64,000 nt of DNA from an uncultured delta proteobacterium (GTDB lineage Bacteria > Myxococcota_A > Polyangia > Polyangiales > Polyangiaceae). This document shows, piece by piece, positions 59,591-64,000 of the stretch. Position 1 is the first letter of the stretch. The number at the start of each line of letters is the position of its first letter. The stretch spans positions 224,001 to 288,000 of the forward strand of contig CAVQUB010000013.1 in NCBI GenBank assembly GCA_963716725.1, in the 5' to 3' direction. The notes under the pieces were generated by a model. It did not search any database. It worked only from the letters and a program-made list of their open reading frames with translations, and was not told where the DNA came from. The translations under genes and the position numbers were made by a program.

Positions 59591-60483
59591 CGCTTCCGAT
59601 ACTCCGCGACGGCACGGCCAACGGCTTCGCGACAGCCCGCGCTCGCCTCGACCAGGGGCAGGCGAACGCCCGGCTTCATGCGACCATCGAGGCACAACGC
59701 AGCCTTCATGGGCTGAGGGTTCGGCTCGATGAACATGGCCCGGTGCACGGGCAAGAGCGCGAGGTGCTTCTTCCTCGCTTCGTCCCAGCGCCCCGCCAGC
59801 GCGTCGGCACACACCTCGGAGACCTCCCGGGGGAAGAGGTTCGAAGTCACGCTGATCACGCCGCTCGCGCCGACCACCATCATGGGCAGAGTCAAGGGAT
59901 CGTCGCCCGAGAGCAGGGTCACTCGACCCGCGGCGCGTCGCAGAAGCTCTTGGCACCACATGACGTTGCCGGTCGCGTCCTTGATGGCGACCACGTTGGG
60001 ACTCGAGTCGAGGAGTTCGAGCGTGCTCTCGACGCTCAGCTCGACGCCGGTGCGGCCCGGGATGTTGTAGAGGATGACCGGCGCTCCGCCGAGCTCTTTC
60101 GCAACGGTCTGAACGTGGCGGATCAGGCCCTGCTGTGAGGGCTTGTTGTAGTACGGCATCACGATCATCACGCCGTCGGCGCCGGCCTCGAGCGCGGCCT
60201 TGGATGCGTCGATGGTCTTCTTGGTGTTGTTGGAGCCCGTGCCGGCAAAGATCGGAACCTTGCCCTTGGCCAAGCTCGCCGTCCGCTTCACCAGTTCGCG
60301 TTGCTCGCTGTCGGAGAGGGTCGGAGACTCTCCGGTGGTGCCGCAGGGGACCAGGCCGGAGATGCCGCCCGCGAGCTGGGCCTCGACCAGAGCGTCGAAG
60401 GCCGCCCAGTCGATCTCGGAGAGGTCGTCACTGAATGGTGTCACCACGGCGGTCAGCGCGCCGCTCAGGGAAACTGCTGCCAT
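59587..60483 (-). CDS. dapA: 4-hydroxy-tetrahydrodipicolinate synthase
   Basis: GTTGES, PYYNKPSQ, YNIPGRTG, IKDATG, SGDD. Confidence 0.97.
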   Translation of the reverse strand: MAAVSLSGALTAVVTPFSDDLSEIDWAAFDALVEAQLAGGISGLVPCGTTGESPTLSDSEQRELVKRTASLAKGKVPIFAGTGSNNTKKTIDASKAALEAGADGVMIVMPYYNKPSQQGLIRHVQTVAKELGGAPVILYNIPGRTGVELSVESTLELLDSSPNVVAIKDATGNVMWCQELLRRAAGRVTLLSGDDPLTLPMMVVGASGVISVTSNLFPREVSEVCADALAGRWDEARKKHLALLPVHRAMFIEPNPQPMKAALCLDGRMKPGVRLPLVEASAGCREAVGRAVAEYRKR

Positions 60484-60509
60484 GGGCGAACTATTGGCGC
60501 GCAGCGGGC

Positions 60510-60777
60510 CGGACGCAAGGGCAACGAGTTCTGCAACTTCCCGGACGAGTGCGGCCTGGTCAAGACGGGCTACTGCACGGTGAAGCCGACCGCCTGCGAC
60601 GCCGCCTGCCCGGGGGTGTGCGGCTGCGACGGGAAGAGCTACTGCAGCCAGTGCGAGGCTCACAAGGCGGGCGTGGACGTGGACCCCAACTCGAGCGAGT
60701 GCACCCCGAGCGACTCGGGCGCGGATTCCGCAACGGACGCCGCAGCCGACACCGGCACCGACGAAGCGGCGGACTGA
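60510..60777 (+). other. Kazal-like Cys-rich coding fragment with no clear start
   Basis: FCNFPDECG...GYC..KPTAC...CPGVCGCDGKSYCSQCEAHKAGV, then an acidic tail. The upstream part of the ORF overlaps dapA antisense. Confidence 0.45.
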
Positions 60778-60782
60778 TTCAG

Positions 60783-62069
60783 TCAGCGCCTGCGGAGGGA
60801 CGCGACGAAGTAGCCATCGGTGCCGTGAGCGAGCGGTAGGAGGCGCACGCTCGTGACGCCTTGCAGAACGTCGAGCCCGCTCGAGTCGAAGGGCACCGGC
60901 TCGAGCAGATCATCGACGCGGGCGAGAACGTCTTCGGCTTCTTCCCGGAACGCGCTGCAGACCGCATACACCACGCGCCCGCCCGGGCCCGCCAGACCGG
61001 CAGCGTTGCGCAAGATGCGAGTTTGCAGCTCTCCCATGCGCGCGGGATCGTCGGGCCCGAGCCGCAGCGCGATTTCGGGCCGCCGGCGCAGCGTGCCGCT
61101 GCCAGTACAGGGTGCATCCACCAGAATTCTCCGAAAATCTCCGGGCAGATCGCCCACGCCCACGGACAAGTCGACCGCCGTCGTGCGCGCCTCGATCAGC
61201 CCGAGCCGGCGATGCTCGCTCGTGAGCCGCGCGAGCTTCCCGGGGTGAAGATCGCTGGCCCAGAGCTCGCCGCGGCCCTCGAGCATCTCGGAGATCAAGC
61301 TGCTCTTGTGCCCCCGCCCCGCGCAGGCGTCGAGCACGCGGTCTCCGGGACGCGCGCCGAGCGCCAGCGCGACCACCTGCGCACCCTCTTCTTGCACCAC
61401 GAAGCTCGTGCCATCCCCAGGTCGGCGGCGTGGATCGCCTTCGCCGCGCGTCAGGCGCGCCAGCGGCGAGACGCGCCCGCGCTCGGCTTGTTCGAGCCAG
61501 TCGGGCAACGCCCGACCAGGACGAACCCGGACTGCGACTGCCGGCTCGCCTCCCGCCGCACCAACCAGCGCGCGCATTTCGTCCGCACCCACGTCGCGCT
61601 CGAGCCGCCGGCGCAGCCACTCCGGAGCGCTCTCCAGGATCGCCGCGTCGCGGTCGAGCGAGATGCCGCCCGCCGCGACCTTGCGCAGGACCGCGTTGGC
61701 AAAGCCCGCGAGCTTCGGCCCACGCTCGGCTCGGACCAAGCTCACCGCGGCGTCCACGGCCGCAAAGGCCGGAACTCGATCGAGGAGCAGGATCTGATAG
61801 GCGGCGATCAAGAGGTGCACCCGCGCCGCGCGGTCGGTCTTGTCGAGACCGCGCGGGATGTGTTTGGTGAGCCGCGCGGAGAGCGCGCCGAGAGTGCGAA
61901 GGCTGCCGTAGGTGAGCTCGGTGGCTAGAGCACGCTCCCGGGGGTCGAGCCCAGGGCGGCGCTCGAACTCTGCGGCGAGAGCCGCCGCGGCGTAGGCGCG
62001 GTCCTGCTCCACGCGCGCCAGCACGCGCGCCGCAATGGCCCGTCCACTCGATCCGTCCGGGGACCTCAT
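60783..62069 (-). CDS. rsmB: 16S rRNA m5C methyltransferase RsmB/Sun
   Basis: NusB-like N-terminus (GFANAVLR), VQEEGAQ, LDACAGRGHK, LVDAPCTGSGTLRRRPE, YAVCS. Confidence 0.9.
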   Translation of the reverse strand: MRSPDGSSGRAIAARVLARVEQDRAYAAAALAAEFERRPGLDPRERALATELTYGSLRTLGALSARLTKHIPRGLDKTDRAARVHLLIAAYQILLLDRVPAFAAVDAAVSLVRAERGPKLAGFANAVLRKVAAGGISLDRDAAILESAPEWLRRRLERDVGADEMRALVGAAGGEPAVAVRVRPGRALPDWLEQAERGRVSPLARLTRGEGDPRRRPGDGTSFVVQEEGAQVVALALGARPGDRVLDACAGRGHKSSLISEMLEGRGELWASDLHPGKLARLTSEHRRLGLIEARTTAVDLSVGVGDLPGDFRRILVDAPCTGSGTLRRRPEIALRLGPDDPARMGELQTRILRNAAGLAGPGGRVVYAVCSAFREEAEDVLARVDDLLEPVPFDSSGLDVLQGVTSVRLLPLAHGTDGYFVASLRRR

Positions 62070-63742
62070 CCGACGATCTCGCGCAACTGCCCCACAATGA
62101 CGTCCCAACGCTTCTCGATGTCGTTCTTGAACGCGAGAACCATCAACCCAAAGAGGATTGCCATGCCGACAATATGAGCGATCTCGCGCGTTCGCAGGGG
62201 CAGCGGTCGTCGCAGCACCCCCTCGATGGCAAAGAACATCAGGTGGCCACCATCGAGCACCGGGATGGGCAAGAGGTTGAGAAGCCCGAGGTTGATGCTG
62301 ATCAGCGCCATGACCCAGATGAAGAAGTCCGGCCCCTTCCTGCCCTCTTCACCGGCCACTTCGTAGATGGTGATGGGACCCGATAGCGTCTTGAGACTCA
62401 CTCGACCCTGAATCACTCGCACGATGCTAACCAGGGTGAAGCGCGTCACGTCGATCGTTTCCTCGACGGCCTTGGACAGCGCGTAGCGCAGCGGAGACGG
62501 GTGCGCTACGAAGTCCTCTGGAGCGAGTGGCAACCAGTTCTTGACGTGCAGAACGTAGCGCGCGAAAGCCTGACCGTGCTCGTCGACGATGTCCTCGCGC
62601 CGCATCTGGAAAGTACCGCTCTTCTCCCGCCCCTCTTTCGCCGATAGGTAGTCGATCTTGTGCGGGCGATCGGGCGACGCCACGAGCCGCTCGCGAAAGG
62701 TGGACCACGCCGGCAGCGGCTCTCCATCCAGGTTCAGGATCTTGTCCCCAGGCCGAAGCCCCGCCTTCGCGAGATAGCTCGCGTCGGGAACGACCGCTGC
62801 GTAGAGATCGGCGAGTTCCATCCCGGTCAAGCTCATCAGATCCGTACCCGAAGGATCCGGAGTGAGGGCCACCACCCCAGACTCGAAGACCGCCATCTCC
62901 GCGAGCCCGCCGAGCGCGTTGCCGAGGGGGGTGGGCCGAAGGTAGGTCACGGGCACCGTTTCGCCGCGATTCTCGGCAAAGGCGACCTCCAAATCGCGGA
63001 AGCGGCGGACCGGTTGTCCGGCGACGTGCGTGACGACGTCGAAGGTGCGAAGGCCGGCCCGAAAGGCCGGCGACTCCGTGCTCGGAACGCCGATCACCGC
63101 TGCGGGGGCGCTCGGCTGGATACCGATGGTCCCGACGCGTTCGATGACGTCGAGCTCGCGGCGCTCGATGGTTTCTTCCGCGACGACCTCCACCTCGACG
63201 TGTTTGCTATCGCGGAACACCTTGAAGCGGAGCGCTTGTCCCGGGTTCTTCGAGATGATGCGCTTGAGTTCGTCGAAGGTGCCGACGTCCTGCCCGTTCA
63301 CGCTCATGATGCGATCGCCCGGAATGAGCTTGCCCGCGGCGGGATGCCCGGGCAGCACCACCCCGACGGTCGGCGGCAAGAACGGCCCGTCGGTGACGAA
63401 GACGGAGAAATAGAGCAGTACCGGAAACACCAAGTTCATCACCGGCCCCGCGAGCACGACCACGATGCGCTTGTACACGGGCAAGGACTCGAAGGTGCGC
63501 TGCCGGTCTTCTGGAAGAACGATGTCGCTCTTCGAGGCCTCCAACATCTTCACGTAGCCGCCGAGCGGGATCAGACTGATGCAGTACTCCGTCTCGCGTC
63601 CGCGCAGCTTCAGCACCTTGGGCCCGAACCCCAGACTGAAGGTGATCACCTTCACACCGAACGCTTTTGCAAACGCGAAGTGCCCGAGCTCGTGCACGAA
63701 AATCAGCGAGCTGATGAGGATGACGAAGTAGAGGAGGTCCAC
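62066..63742 (-). CDS. rseP: RIP metalloprotease RseP (multiple PDZ domains)
   Basis: HELGH, FSLGFGP, PLGGYVKM, NLLPIPVLDGGH. Confidence 0.95.
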   Translation of the reverse strand: MDLLYFVILISSLIFVHELGHFAFAKAFGVKVITFSLGFGPKVLKLRGRETEYCISLIPLGGYVKMLEASKSDIVLPEDRQRTFESLPVYKRIVVVLAGPVMNLVFPVLLYFSVFVTDGPFLPPTVGVVLPGHPAAGKLIPGDRIMSVNGQDVGTFDELKRIISKNPGQALRFKVFRDSKHVEVEVVAEETIERRELDVIERVGTIGIQPSAPAAVIGVPSTESPAFRAGLRTFDVVTHVAGQPVRRFRDLEVAFAENRGETVPVTYLRPTPLGNALGGLAEMAVFESGVVALTPDPSGTDLMSLTGMELADLYAAVVPDASYLAKAGLRPGDKILNLDGEPLPAWSTFRERLVASPDRPHKIDYLSAKEGREKSGTFQMRREDIVDEHGQAFARYVLHVKNWLPLAPEDFVAHPSPLRYALSKAVEETIDVTRFTLVSIVRVIQGRVSLKTLSGPITIYEVAGEEGRKGPDFFIWVMALISINLGLLNLLPIPVLDGGHLMFFAIEGVLRRPLPLRTREIAHIVGMAILFGLMVLAFKNDIEKRWDVIVGQLREIVG

Positions 63743-63873
63743 TCTTGGAGCACGGCTCTAGCCGATGGCCCGGCGCCAATCAAACCCCAGGGGGCGCGCG
63801 TCTTCGCTGATCCAACGCCCGGCGCCGCTGCATCCCCGGACGCTCCGAGGGAAAAGTGTTCTAAAACCACCCC

Positions 63874-64000
63874 ATGACCGACCGACCCGGAAAAACCGTG
63901 AGTGCCTCCCGCGTCGAGCTCTGCCAGCTGATGCTGCCCGAGCACGCCAACGCCTACGGCAACGTACACGGCGGGCTCATCATGAAGATGGTGGACGAGA
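63874..64000 (+). CDS. Acyl-CoA thioesterase (hotdog fold), runs off the right edge
   Basis: Hand translation: MTDRPGKTVSASRVELCQLMLPEHANAYGNVHGGLIMKMVDE. Confidence 0.85.
   Translation, partial: MTDRPGKTVSASRVELCQLMLPEHANAYGNVHGGLIMKMVDE

Overview
GC-rich bacterial DNA (about 65-70% GC by eye, not computed). It has a myxobacterial, Polyangiales-like flavour: a Ser/Thr kinase, Gly/Ser/Asp-rich lipoproteins, a Kazal-like Cys motif and Pro-rich linkers. The taxonomy is inferred, not shown. About 46 kb (7.6-53.3 kb) is a near-complete flagellar gene cluster covering export gate, C/MS rings, rod, P/L rings, hook, two short flagellins, cap, stator, FliA/FlgM, CsrA/FliW and a sigma54 activator with no regulatory domain. 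No flhG and no chemotaxis genes are present in the window. The cluster carries a flagellin glycosylation module: Maf, NeuB, NeuA and an unusual KdsC-like phosphatase/GmhA fusion, which could make a non-canonical ulosonic acid. It is flanked by four HDOD proteins, two diguanylate cyclases, a kinase-PilZ protein and two histidine kinases. Reading the intergenic DNA gave 11 good sigma54 (-24/-12) motifs, 8 of them placing the start codon at predicted +2 to +5 (near-leaderless), plus 6-8 copies of a sigma28-type motif (YTMARG-N14-KYCGTTCA). These motifs pull several uncharacterised genes into the flagellar regulon. Housekeeping genes follow on the right (lgt with a poly-Asp/PAAKK tail, dapB, dapA, rsmB, rseP, acyl-CoA thioesterase). 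At least seven single-base frameshifts look like long-read errors rather than gene decay.
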